DNA of 64,000 nucleotides from Aplysia californica (Eukaryota): NCBI RefSeq assembly GCF_000002075.1, contig NW_004797378.1, positions 1,073,957 to 1,137,956 of the forward strand, read 5' to 3'. Shown piece by piece: positions 25,116 to 37,749 of this stretch (position 1 is its first letter; each line of letters starts with the position of its first letter). The notes under the pieces were generated by a model. It saw only the letters and a program-made list of their open reading frames with translations, ran no database searches and was not told where the DNA came from. The position numbers and the translations under genes were made by a program.

Positions 25116-25900
25116 CCAAGGTGTACAAGCCACAATTTCAGGCAGCTAAGCCTCTCTTGGTAAGGGCGAATAAAATTATGTTGCCTCATGGTTGTAAGTC
25201 ATTTAAATCACAGCTAGACTTGCTACACACGAAAATAACAGTTGTTGATACTGATCTGTTAGATGAAATCAACGCAAACAATGCTGTAATAAGTGAACAC
25301 CCTACCATTGATGGGAAATATGAATGTGCCTATTTCAAAGACAATGTGCTTCCTTGCTGGCACATTTTAGGGTATCAACACGCTGTGAGCATTTACTTCT
25401 TGTCAAATATTCATAAGAGATTTAACAAGCATACTCTCATGAATGCGTTGGATTTTGAAGTGGAACCACTGCCATCATCATCTTGCGCAATTGTGATTCC
25501 AAACTAAACAAGCATCAACTTACCTGCAGAAAAGATGTGCTATTGGAACTTTTACTTTCAAAGGAACTGATTTCAGTGGGGGTTGTGTATGGACAGGATC
25601 ATTTTAACAGAAGAGTGGAGTTTCTAAACAAAGTGATTGGGTTATGGAAAGATGGAAAGGAAATCAGACTGCCTCTCTACGATCAGTTGATCCAACCTCT
25701 GTAGATACTGCTCCACCATCGCCAGCTGCCACACCTTCACTCTCTGCTCGTCCTTTGCCAGCTGCCCCTACTATTACTATCCTAAAACATTTCAATACAA
25801 TGAGGCCAGCCCGAGGTCCACTTAAATACAAACTTAATAAAAGTGCATCTAAAAATATCTGCTTTCCACAAACAAAACTTTTATTTTCCGCCAGCACTTT
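25116..25900 (+). mobile_element. Degenerate SWIM-finger/MULE (Mutator-like) transposase C-terminal fragment
   Basis: YECAYFKDNVLPCWHIL (degenerate SWIM CxC..LPCxH), then frameshifted ELISVGVVYGQDHFNRRVEFLNKVIGLWKDGKEI. Confidence 0.6.
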
Positions 25901-26530
25901 TTATCTTGATTCTACGCATGACTGCCTCCTTTAAAAACCAAATACCAAAACATAGTTAACTCTACAACATTAATAACTCTTGTTGGGACACAAAACAGCA
26001 GCATTAATCAAAACCTCAACTCTTTCAGAATTAAAAGACTTTTGCCTACCGTAAGAAATCATAACTTTTCCAAACTTTATTATACTCACTCAATGTAATA
26101 TGCATAGCACAAAATTACATCAGAATAAAGTAAACAGATTTTACTGCACTTGAACTTCACATTATTAGTGGTGAACGACAGTGTACAGCCCTCAGGAGAA
26201 AGAATGAGTTGATACTTTTTAATAACAATGGCGAAGACAAAATATGACAATCAAACTCAGGCCTTCCATGTGCGACAGCTAAGTAATTTCAGTGAGAACT
26301 TACGGATCAATGAATGTGGACATTGATGATCAGAGATAAACAAGATCACCCATTAGCAAGCTGTTATCCCTCACAAAGTCAGTGCCTGCAAACCCATTTC
26401 AGTGTTGTACATCCATTTTCATTATCACCAGAAATCTAATTATAAAGATATCAGTCTATATGAGCCTTTTTTCCTTTGATATACGGGAAATGAAAGGGCA
26501 AAAATCTTTCGACAAACGCATTTCAACCTC

Positions 26531-26540
26531 TATAAATATA
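26531..26540 (+). promoter_or_regulatory. TATA box of knottin copy 1
   Basis: TATAAATATA 85 nt upstream of ATG, conserved in all three paralogues. Confidence 0.7.
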
Positions 26541-26615
26541 AGCTGACAACAATTAACGTCCAAAACATCATCGTGTTTTAAGCCAGCACACAGTCAATAT
26601 CATTGAAGATACATC

Positions 26616-26884
26616 ATGAAGGTCCTACTTTGCTCTACACTGACGCTCATCATGATGACAGGCTACAGTCACCAGCAGATATTGTGTAAGCGAAAGAACA
26701 GGGAATGTGAGGTAAACTTATAGGCCTACATAAAGAAAAATGTAACATTTTTCTCTTTGTTCATTACACAAGCTAATGATTTTACCTCTTTAAAGAGTTC
26801 TAAAATGTTAGCAAAGAATCTAGAAAGTTTACTCAGGCCCAGTTGTTGTTTTTTTTTGGGGGGGTGGGGAGGTGGGGGAGTGTT

Positions 26885-26942
<58 letters not shown>

Positions 26943-27566
26943 TTGTAGTTGACGACGTGCTCCAATTACGAATCCTTTGTGTGATTTACTTGGCTTCATT
27001 TTGCTGGACCCTGCATCTGTAATGTAATGGTAAGGCACATCTCTGTTGAATGTACAAGACATGAATTCCTCAAGCGAACCAATCATTTTATTTTGCATAT
27101 TTCAATCCATCTGCTGGGATGCTGTATCCCACCAAGTCTAGGTTGAAATATCCTGCTTCCTACAAGATCTAAATTGTATCGATATGGGTGGGTAACTTTT
27201 ATAAATGTGAAACTGACATTAAGTTGGGGGTTACGTTATGAGTCGACATAAGATGAAATGGATAGGACAAGTCCTGCTGCCATCAGTATTTCAATTTATG
27301 ATAGTTTTTGAGGAATCAGGACAGAAACGTTAAAGGGTCAGAAAAGGGAAAGCCAAGATTTCTTTTTTAAAAGTAAGTTCCCAGAAATTGCGTGGCCCTT
27401 TGGATTAAGAAATTGCCTCTTTTTACTTGTAAGAATAGTCCAAATGGAAAATATGGAACCACTCTTCAATTTTAAAATATCCAAGACAATTGTTTGAGAA
27501 ATTCAGGAGCTTCCAACATGTACTTAATGGATCTTTTAAATTTACTTTAAGGTACAAGTAAAAGAT

Positions 27567-27626
<60 letters not shown>

Positions 27627-30600
27627 TAATAATAATAGATAGCATTTGTATAGCGCATTATGTTCTCCCCTCTAATTCAAACAAATGAAATGTGGCCTTC
27701 ACTATTCAGGTTGGGAAAAACCAGTGCTGCAGAGACTTGGTCTGCAAGCAAAAGGATATGACATCTTTCAAAACAACATGTCAGGCAAGCGATACAACAT
27801 GCAGGGCTGAAGACCAGACATGCAACCCAGACCGCAACTCCATATGTTGCCCAGGTAACTTAGTCATTGCTTTCCTAGTTACTTAATTACACTGTCTCAA
27901 CAGAAGTTTGCCTGATAAAGTTCTAAGCCCTTTCAGCACAGTGTACCTTTTTCAAGAAAAAGAAGAGAGAAAACTTCAGACGATTGTGTTTGGTTATTCT
28001 GAGAAAAGTTCAACAAAAGGAAATTGGTGATTGGATAGGTTTTTAATCCAACTTTCAACACAGTAAGGTTATTGAAGAGGTTGCTCTTAATGTTAAGCCC
28101 TTCTCCCACAGGACTGAGCAAAGTAGACAGAAAACTTTGAAGACTTCACAAAGAAACGAAATCAAGGAACGTTCAAGGTGTTTCAAACCGGGGCCATCCA
28201 TATCTTTTCTCCTGGACAAAATAAACATTTAGCCTGGTCCTAAAAAGTATGCAAATTTTCAAGTAGTCCAAAGCATAACATTCTTACAAGAGTTATACAG
28301 TCTCAATACTAACAGTTACCTCCAACAGCTGGTGGATTATTTCAAATTTCTCCCCTCTTCTATATAATATATCGTCGGTGCTCATGAGATTAAACGGACT
28401 CACTGACTGGTGTGATGTGTCATTTGGGGTGAGACAAAACTGTGTGGTATCACAGTTACTTTTCATCATATACATCGACGAAATTACGAAAGAAGCAAAC
28501 CCCAACCCGAAAGACCTGAATGAGATGCTGTTCGCGAACGACCAAAGCCTGGCATATGAGAAAAAAGAACAACTTCAAGTACACATAGCCTGGCTGAATG
28601 CACAGTGGGAAAAGCTCAACATGAAGATCAACAAAAGCAGAGCGGAGACGGGGTTTTTTTCTCATGAAAATCAGCAGAAAACCTGGCAAACTTAACATCA
28701 GCATTGACGGAACTCCGCTGAAACAAGTCAGCGAGTTCAAGTATCTGATAATATCTTTTCGGAAGAAGGACGTCTCAACAGAGAAATTGAGACAAGAGTA
28801 CAAAAGGCCATCCGCGTCAGCTACCATCTTGCCTCACTCCTCAAACATCCTAACATCCCCATTGAGACTAAAGCCAGGCTCATTAACTCTATCTTCATCC
28901 CCACCTTAATGTACCAATGCCTGACATGGACCTTGACCAAAAGTCTGCAACGTAAGACAACCACATGCGAGATGAGATGTCTAAGAAGAGCCGTCAACAA
29001 AACAGACGGGACATGATCAGAAACAACAGGATAAGAGAAATGATGGGAACAATACCTGTCCTCCATTACATTCAGAGGCAAACATTCAAGTAGTTTGGAC
29101 GTATGACAAGTATGGCAACTCACTAGACTTGCCAGTAAAGCGTATTACAAAAAAATATTAGGGTAAAAGGCAAGAGGAAGACCAGGGGAGACATGGATCC
29201 AGGATGTGAAGAATACCCAGAAAACATACAACCCTTTAACCAGCCATGTTATCCAACTTTCTAAAGACAAAAGGTTCTCCTCCTCCTCCCCCCTCGACGC
29301 CCTAGTGGTACAAGACGACGGATAAAGAAAGCCCTCGTGAGATCAAACTTCGCTCACTCAATTTTTTTTCGAAAATCTTTCTTTTGCACCAAAAGATTCT
29401 TGATACCTGCTGTGAAATGTGTATAAACGGATTCAGTCCAGATTCAGATTACAAATGTTCCAAACAAAACACATTTTAAATTCTGCGTGAGCCTCGCTAT
29501 GGACCAACCAAATGACATAAGTGATCTGGAGAACCTGGCAAACACGACATAGCGAGATTACAATAGAGCGCTAAAGACAACCTAAAGATAGCGAAGTTAG
29601 ATTGGAGCAAACAAAACTCACTTGTTGCTCTGTTCTAACCTCGCTGACACGTCCTTATGTCTTGACATTAACAATGTTGGACAGGTTTTATTTTTATTCT
29701 CTCTTGCAAAATTAAAAAAATTCGACTTAACAAGGTTCCAACAGAGCGTCAGCGATGTGAAAAACAACACTTAATTAACCACAATTCACTAAGCCAGGAA
29801 ACTCATACTTTAAAGAATCTCCAGTGAAAGTGTGTAATTAACAATCACAGAAATGAAAATATTTCACATGGCTTCCATAATATTCAACAAAATGGACAAG
29901 TCCTCAAAATGGTGAAGGGCGATTCTGAAGTTAAGTGTAGGGATATTGACACAATCAATGTCATTTTAAAGCTTGAAAGGGGGGGGGGGAGGGGGAGAAG
30001 ACGAAAAACAAACCAAAGAAAAGCTTCGAAGTAGAATCAAACAGCCACAAAAAGGGATCAGTGACCTTTGAAACTGCCTAAAACATTACTACAAATGATA
30101 TAGGGCCTATGGTTTATAAAAGGAAATCCTTTTTTGAATCTTTGCTTTAAATAAAAGTCAGAAAACTTTATTCTTGTTTTTACATAGGGCAGTTCCCAAC
30201 AGGCTTTAAAGTAGATTGTACATCCCCCCCCCCCCAACCTATTAGGTAATTGAAACATTCAAGATGCAAAGAGACAGACAAAGCAATAAATCTCCCCCCC
30301 CCCCCCCAACTCCTGCGAGATACACTCATAAAAAAGTTATCCCTTTCCTTCTCCGCAGGTTTCACATGCGAGAGAAGCATGTTGGGTGTTAAGAGATGCA
30401 AAAAGTTTGAGCTATGTAAAAATCTCGGCGTTGCCTGTACTCCTGGCCTATCGAGTGAGTGCTGCACTGAACTAACGTGTCAGCGGAAGCCAGGAAGCAT
30501 CCTAGGGCATGAGTGCCAACTCAACTGTAAGGGAAATAACGAGAGGTGCACGGCTGGCGTCATCGACTGCTGCTTCCCTTACAGGTGCAAGCAAATGGGG

Positions 30601-30630
30601 GCACTAACCGGAACTGTCTGTCATCTCTAA
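26616..30630 (+). CDS. Secreted four-domain ICK/knottin-like cysteine-rich protein, copy 1 (170 aa, 3 exons)
   Basis: Exons 26616-26711 (GAG|gtaaac, phase 0), 27710-27854 (ttcag|GTT...CCAG|gtaact, phase 1), 30359-30630 (ccgcag|GT...TAA); 513 nt. Protein MKVLLCSTLTLIMMTGYSHQQILCKRKNRECEVGKNQCCRDLVCKQKDMTSFKTTCQASDTTCRAEDQTCNPDRNSICCPGFTCERSMLGVKRCKKFELCKNLGVACTPGLSSECCTELTCQRKPGSILGHECQLNCKGNNERCTAGVIDCCFPYRCKQMGALTGTVCHL; 24 mature Cys arranged as 4 x C-x6-C-x6/7-CC-x4-C-x9/11-C. Confidence 0.92.
26885..26947. repeat. (GTT)n microsatellite in intron 1 of knottin copy 1
   Basis: Read directly. Confidence 0.9.
27567..27656 (-). repeat. (AAT)n microsatellite attached to an L2/SINE tail remnant
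   Basis: (AAT)n followed by ATAGCATTTGTATAGCG, as in the SINE tails at 43384 and 49056. Confidence 0.75.
28385..29330 (+). mobile_element. 5'-truncated RTE-like LINE in intron 2 of knottin copy 1
   Basis: GVRQNCVVSQLLFIIYIDEI...MLFANDQ (RT motifs), LKQVSEFKYL, CEMRCLRR; frameshifts. Confidence 0.85.
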
Positions 30631-30795
30631 ACATCAAAAGCACCAACAATCCTGACTGACATCAAGAAAACCCAGTAGGAGACCCTTGAAGAAAAAGAAA
30701 AAGATGGCAGATGAAAGCAACAATGCATTGCATCAGTTGCATGGGACAGGGTTTCCTGTTTAACAGAAAGCCTTAGATGGCCTATTGATCCGCTG

Positions 30796-30801
30796 AATAA
30801 A
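30796..30801 (+). terminator. PolyA signal, knottin copy 1
   Basis: AATAAA ~165 nt after stop; same context (tgAATAAAgaaa) in copy 2. Confidence 0.65.
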
Positions 30802-33059
30802 GAAAATTATTGTATAAATGACCAGATTTCTATGCCTTGAAGCTTGTTTGCTTATTACTCTCTTCTTTTCTATTATAAGAAAGGAGAAGAACCATGACAC
30901 AATAATGGTCATTTAATGCAAGAGAAAGCCAAGAAAGACACACAAAAACCACTGGCTCCAACACTTGCACATTTACTTCTCTTCCCAAGCGTTTCACATA
31001 TTTATCTAAACAGTTATGTCTTCCACTCAATTTTAGAATCCACTACTTTTATAGCCATGGGTACAGTTTCTAATCCAAAAAAGAATGTTAATCAGATATT
31101 TAGATATCAGTATTCATATTGTTTGAAATGAGTTCAAGTGCGGATGAAGTGTCCAACTTTTACAGTAAACAAACAAACTCCATCCTACAGTTGGTATCCG
31201 AGTCCTAAGACGTACATAATCAGTCCCCTAATGCATTACTTTTTTCCATGAAACCTGTCTCTCTGACAAAAGAGCAAAAATTGTACGTGTACCATGCAAG
31301 AGCCAATCTATCAGTATCAGCCTCTCCAGATCTACACTGTCCAGATCTACATTGCCGGGTACCATAAACTACATGCACCATCATGCACTAATGATTATAT
31401 TATTATGACCCTGACCTTGCAATTTGTAAGCGAACAGCCTTGTGATTGGCTGCTCACATCCGATGGCTACACCTACATTGACTTAAACAACCTAGAAAAA
31501 CAAACGAGTTTGATTTTTTAACGTCATAATCGGATTCAATCGTATTATTGTGTCAAAATAGTAGTTTTTGCCCCTCCAAGTCCAAGGAGAAAAAGGATGG
31601 TGAGCGATGAGGCCAAGAATATGAAAAGTCCTGCAGACGGTCAGTACTTTGCTCACGTGGAGATGTCTAGATGGTCTTTGGAAGAACTGTTATGATGGGG
31701 TTGTGCTGTGTTTGTGAACTAGAAAACGTGGGGAGTAGAGCGAGGCTCAGATGTTCCTGTAAATGGGGGCTCACTGGCTATACTGTTGAGTGAAAGAAGG
31801 CCCACATGTTTGGATTGCCAGACATGTCTGTCATGAGTTGTAGTGTTATATTACCACTTGAGACAAAAGGACTCACCCATCACTACAACAACCCCCTCCC
31901 CCTCCCCAAATAAAAACAAAAACAAATGGATGACATGGTTCAAAAGACTGGCCTCTTCGAAAGATGAAGCGATAAACAGTATGAAAGGTCAACTCTACTG
32001 ACAAAGGTGTAGTTTGAGCAGATAAATACACTATCACTAACAAAAAACACTGTTACTGGCATGCAGGGGCGGTTGGAGCCGGTCACTTTTAGTCAGCTAT
32101 AGTGGACAAGAGATTGGCTGCTGATAATAGTTCTTATTCACTTTCAAGTAAATCCAAATTAATTTTTATCAACATCAAAATAGCGCTTTCCCTATAAAAA
32201 TACGCTCAAACAGACAATTAAGACTCGCCGATGTGTTGTCGCACCACAGAAACTCGTTCCTAAAACTCAGTTTATCTCGCTGGCTCACAACGTTGTTACG
32301 CTCAGCGGTGACGTCACACAACTCGGCGAAATAAGTAGTTGCCCTCAGAGAGTGAAAAGAGCCCGCATCAAGATCACCTTTGATGCCATTTTGGCTCTTC
32401 TGTTGCTTACAAAGGACGAGACTGTCTTTAACAATATATCTTATTATTTCGTCAGTAATATTCATCATTAAACCTGTCTCTAGTCACGTTCAGTTAATAC
32501 GTAGGCTATATGTACCGTCGTGATGACTCAAATCTTTATAGCTAATTAAATTTTGAGACACCCATGGTTCTGTTTGGTGTTCTGTTCACCGCTTACTTCC
32601 TGCTACAACCTTACATGGCCCCCGGCGATTTTGTTAGGCCAGTCATTGTTATCAGGAATTTTAACGGAGGGGAGAGTTAGCTGTCAGTCTGGACGCCACA
32701 GCCCCTCCTCTCTCCTACCCCCCCCCCCAACCCCCCCCGCCTAGTTTAAAGGTTGGCACCTTCTCCATTCTTACCCCAGCCCGATTCTGAGATCTAAAAG
32801 TAGTATTTGACATAGAATTTGCGATTGGGAATTTTTGTGTGCTTGCTTTATTCAATGAGTACGTGTTAAACGTATTGTAGGCCTATTATTTCGGATCCTC
32901 CCTAGACTTGGTCTGCTTGGGACAGCGTCAGTGGCGTGGTATCAATTTGGTTCTCTGTTTCTACAGACTACTGTAAATCAGGTAGTTAACGTAATCATTA
33001 TGTACATAATAATTGGTCTTCAAGCATGAAAATAGAGATTGGGGTCGTAACAAGAGCGC

Positions 33060-33585
33060 TTGGCTGGCTTCAAAATACAAGACCAAGAACTACCTATCTC
33101 ATATTGTCACAGACTCCCAGAGCATCTTGCGAAGGGTTGAGAAAGGGCTGCTTCGGAGTGAAAGGATGAACCCAATACAACACTCATCACTTTCAGCCAT
33201 CACATGGATATTCTGCCCTGGGCACTCAGGAGGGAAGGGCATTGAGGAGGCTGATTGGCTGGCGGGCAGTTCCGTGGTTGATGGTGAGGTGAAATTTGAC
33301 AAAGGAGAAGTGTTGAAGACCCTGGAGGAAAAGTTGCTGGAGGAGGAAGACAAGGAGACAGCAGGATACCGCGCAATCATTAGGATGAGGGAAATGGGGA
33401 TAGAGAGGGGAGAAGGAAGAAAGGAACCATTATCTGGAAAGGAAAGACGTCGCCATAATCCGACAGCCACCGGAACAATCAGTATGGATACCTTGCGGGC
33501 TTTGGTGCTGGGGGGAACTGAGCACTTATGGACCTGTCCGTTGAGCAATGACGTTGTTGTCCAGGACAGGTAATACAGGTAATAC
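33060..33585 (+). mobile_element. RNase-H-bearing non-LTR retrotransposon 3' fragment (I/Ingi/Nimb-like)
   Basis: IVTDSQSIL...ITWIFCPGHSGGKGIEEADWLA (RNase H C-terminal motifs); ends in a CAGGTAATA tandem tail. Confidence 0.75.
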
Positions 33586-34211
33586 ATAACAATTGTTAGT
33601 GGAAGGGGATCATGTTCCCAAAGGCCATACGTGTGTTTGTGTGTGTGTTGTTTTGTGAAAAGGGGGGGGGGCAAAGATACAGGTATAAAATGTGTCTCTG
33701 TGTGTGTATGTGTGTGGGAGGGCAGCTGGTGTATGTGTGTGTGGGGGGGGGGGGGGGGGGTTAGAGGAAGACCACGGGCATTGCAGGTTGAGGTAGGATA
33801 TGGTAGGGGAGGGGGGGTGAGGAGATCAATATGAATGATAGCCGGTCAGTTTCACAAAAACATGAACCGCTACGGCTATCATGTATTGTTGGTACAAAAG
33901 AAAGACCCGCAGAACCAAGAGGCAAAGTAAATTTTTTTTTAATGAAACCTCCCAGCGATGGTCTACAACCACCCAACTGTGTACAAAGAGCTTTAGGATA
34001 CATGCCTTTCCTGCACAAGATGAAGATGTAAAGATTTTTCCACTTGTGAATCCGACACTCGATCCCACTTTAGAATCACTGGTCAACCTAACTCTCTCAG
34101 TCCACATTATAGGATTTATACCTACTTCTTTACTTTTCCTCTGTTGTTTCTGTCTGTCTGTCTTACTTTTTACCCGCGCTCTAAATGACCATTATTGTGT
34201 CTATGTGCTAC

Positions 34212-34440
34212 TCTTTACTCAAACAAACAAACAAACAAACAAACAGGATTTTTAAACAATGTTCTTTACTCAAACAAACAAACAAACAGGATTTTTAAAC
34301 AATTCGCTTTACTTAAACAAACAAATAAACAAAATTTTAAAACAATTCTCTTTACTTAAACAAACAAACAAACAGGATTTTTAAACAATTCTCTTTACCA
34401 AAAAAAACAAACAAACAAATAAACAGGATTTTAAAACAAT
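34212..34440 (+). repeat. Minisatellite, five to six copies of TCTTTACTCAAACAAACAAACAAACAGGATTTTTAAACAAT
   Basis: Read directly. Confidence 0.85.
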
Positions 34441-34524
34441 TTATAATGCAGTCTAGCAAGCACATAAAGAAATCTGCAGGTCGTGGAAATCTTTTCATCA
34501 TGTATGAATCTCAGGTCATACCTG

Positions 34525-34551
34525 CTCTCTCTGTCTCTGTCTCTCTGTCTC

Positions 34552-34607
<56 letters not shown>
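34525..34607. repeat. (CT)n microsatellite
   Basis: Read directly. Confidence 0.9.
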
Positions 34608-34611
<4 letters not shown>

Positions 34612-34899
34612 CACAGGTTCTTCAGCACACAATATTTGCAATCGTATTTAATCAAACTTACCCTTGCAGGTGGCGATTTATTATTTTTTTTGGGGGGGCA
34701 GTGCATAAATGTACTTTGTGCGTGTTTTTTTAATACAAAGATTGTGTGTAAAGTTCATGGCCCGAAAATCAGTTCCCAAAGTGTGTTTTTCGTTATGTGC
34801 ATGCTGAACTGTATAATAAAATGAATAAATACATTTTTGAAAATAGGGCGTAAATGAAATAATCACTTTTCTAAAGATTGTTTATTGGTTTGACAAGAG

Positions 34900-37466
34900 C
34901 AGAAGCGAAGCGTCTATATAATCAAATAATCACTGCTTCCCTTCCTAATTTTAAAACATTGTCGCAGTCAAATTCACCCATAGACGTAAACCTCATAAAT
35001 TAAATTTAAAAAGACGTTCTTAATCACCAATGAACAAAAGACTATGCCAGTTGCGGCTCGTGGTTTATAGAACTGACCGGCCGTCATTCACGTCGACTAT
35101 TACTCCCNNNNNNNNNNNNNNNNNNNNNNNNNNNNNNNNNNNNNNNNNNNNNNNNNNNNNNNNNNNNNNNNNNNNNNNNNNNNNNNNNNNNNNNNNNNNN
35201 NNNNNNNNNNNNNNNNNNNNNNNNNNNNNNNNNNNNNNNNNNNNNNNNNNNNNNNNNNNNNNNNNNNNNNNNNNATTTCGCCANNNNNNNNNNNNNNNNN
35301 NNNNNNNNNNNNNNNNNNNNNNNNNNNNNNNNNNNNNNNNNNNNNNNNNNNNNNNNNNNNNNNNNNNNNNNNNNNNNNNNNNNNNNNNNNNNNNNNNNNN
35401 NNNNNNNNNNNNAATGTGAAAGAGCTAAAATATGCGGTAGTGTCAAGAAACAATATTATGAATAATGTATGATGGAAGTTACTGAGAATAATAGAAACTG
35501 ACTTGATTAGCACAGAAAAAGAAACACTACTAGGCCAGAAAACAAACTGAAAGTGAGAGGCAATAAACTGCTGGTCTTGGCCTTCAGTACTTTACTCGTA
35601 CTTTCTACACCCCCACACAAATTATAAAGGGCACTGGACCCGTTAAGTATATATAATAAGAACTGTCCTGTATGATGACAAAAAGTCAATTGATACTGTA
35701 CCAGTGACTCTGTCCCAAGCAGATCAAGTCTACAATCAGATAGTATACAAAGCTGGACAAAGTTAGCACACAACAGTTTCCGACCATTATATTATAATCA
35801 AATTTTCTTCATCGCACTTCTCACTTCTCAGAACAGAACACTGTGTTGTAACGAAGTGGGGAAGTGTGTCAAATGCTAATTATAGAACTTGGTGTCTAGC
35901 AGGGGTGACGGTGGAAAAGTGGAGGGAAGGGGGGGGGGGGTAGGCCTGGCCCAGACTCTGACAGCCGAGTGCCTATCGCTCCTCGTTAAAATTCTCCTTA
36001 TATATCTTAACTAGACAATTCCTCCTTCCGCCGGCCAGACTCCTATATGGGCCAGGTAAATTATTAGTGGGGAGAAAACGATGAGTAAATGTAAAACAGG
36101 AATTATAGGTGGTTAAAAAGTCAATAAACAAAACAGATTAGTACCATGCTAACAATAAATGTCCTGATAGTAGTTAGAGAAAGGCTGAATGATAAATACA
36201 TGTGTCTGTGCTGCTCAAGACAGTCTCAATCTTAATTTTGTAATCTACAAAGAGGCCAATTTGGCAATTAAGAGATGCCCTATTCCTTCTAAGGGCTGTC
36301 GATGGATTTGTCCATGGGACTGACGTCATCGCTAGGCCTAAGCCCGCCGTGTGTTTGGCCTCGTACGTAGTAGCCAACGAAGTTCCGCGACGTGATGGCT
36401 TGATGGGAGGGGAGACGATTTAAAGTTATGAGCCGGCGCGATAACAAACGTGAAGGAAGGAGGCTCTGTCGCGACAAATAAACAGCAGTGAATCCCACTT
36501 GTCTATTTGAACGACTTCAAATCGGCAAGGTGCTTTTGAATGTTGATACATGTTTGTTTGGGTTTACTTAAAACTGAATGAAAATCAGCATCAGCAATAA
36601 ATCTCCTGTCAACGGTCTAGCTGAAAAATAATTGACCGGCACCGCCGGTCTTGCTCAGTTAACCAACCGCCCCTGGACTATGCCTAACCTTCAAAACCGT
36701 GTCATTGCCACAGAAATAGCCTGTTCGCCCCTATCGGGCCACCCCATAAGCAGTCACAAGCTTTAATTAAGTAAGCTTAAAGTGAGGCTGGAAGAGTCTA
36801 CCAATAGAGTTGAAGGGAACATGTGCATAGCAGTCAAAACTGTTTCATATTGCCGCATATACCCTGTTCACCCCTTTCGAGCCACAGTTATAAGCAGCCT
36901 CACTCGCTGATTATGTAAGCTAACTATTACACTGCTCGAGTCTACCTCATAGATGTGAGGGGAACTAATTCCTTATAATATCTTGACTGCTGCGAGTGCT
37001 TGTTTTTTTTCCTCGACTTTTTACCGTCCTATAATCAGATCGTGACCACGATTATGACGCCGGCTCCTGGCCGCGAAAAGCTAGACAAAAAACAGCCAAA
37101 TGTGAAATAAAAAATAAATAATTGGCATGCTCTACCAAAGTGTTTCGGCTGTCTGATATAACATGCCATTGTAGTACTATCATCTCTGCTTCTTCACTTG
37201 GTGTTCGTGTGTTCAAATCTTAAGTTAAATTTAAGGTTAGTTAGAATAAATATTTAATGAAATATTTTCCCGATTATTTTAGCGGTTGAATATGCATACA
37301 ACATGAATTCAGGATTTGTTTTCATTCACAACTCAGAGTTGCCGCCTCTGATTGCCGCCAGTAAGATTCTTGTGACTTGAGACTTGTGTGAGTGTGATAT
37401 CTTCAGGCCCTATCTGGTCCCATCTCACTTTGATTACCCTGTCAAACAAGTCAGCCTTCGCTCCTG
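34900..37466. mobile_element. 2.6-kb non-autonomous DNA element with 8-bp TSD (hAT/P-type), with nested repeats and gaps
   Basis: Termini CAGAAGCGAAG / CTTCGCTCCTG; TSD GACAAGAG (34892-99) / GATAAGAG (37467-74); empty site GATAAGAG at 56660-56667 in unit 3. Confidence 0.75.
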
Positions 37467-37749
37467 GATAAGAGTGAATATCACATAAGCATAGTCATCA
37501 AGGGTATGGTAAATCTAAAAAGAAAAATATGGGGAGTGATCTCCTTACAAAAAGCGAGCCGACACTTGTCTTGCGGAGGTTATCTGCTCTTGATATAACA
37601 ATAACAATGATACATAAACAGAAGCGCAGCAACTGCTAAGAAAAGAAGACACGGAAAATATCTATGCTAAAGCAGCACCATTCAATCTTGTCTTACATTT
37701 TCGGAACGAATCCACTGAAGATTCAATCTTGTTTCGACAAAGGCGAAAG

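Noticed and set aside
26726-27098. Poly-N, poly-L and poly-Q ORFs
   Set aside because: Translations of the intronic (GTT)n microsatellite.
26616-30630. Naming the knottins as conotoxins or granulins
   Set aside because: No recognisable conotoxin signal or pro region; granulin has four CC pairs per 12-Cys module whereas these have one CC per 6-Cys module. Left unnamed.
31657-31756. Minus-strand exon-like segment (acag|...|gtgag) in the knottin 3' flank, repeated near 52550-52640
   Set aside because: In-frame stop and no recognisable homology; cannot be supported as a gene relic without a search.
33013-33573. Cellular RNase H1 gene
   Set aside because: N-terminal catalytic motifs are missing, it is intronless, ends in a tandem tail and sits inside an insertion; LINE-derived.
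34212-34440. CRISPR-like array (also 4840-4950 and 59049-59250)
   Set aside because: Eukaryotic context, no unique spacers, no cas genes; these are minisatellites or TE subterminal repeats.
32064-36675. Single 4.6-kb element bounded by CAGGGGCGGTTGG / CCAACCGCCCCTG
   Set aside because: No TSD, and comparison with other units shows host sequence resumes at ~33880; more likely two partial copies of one family.
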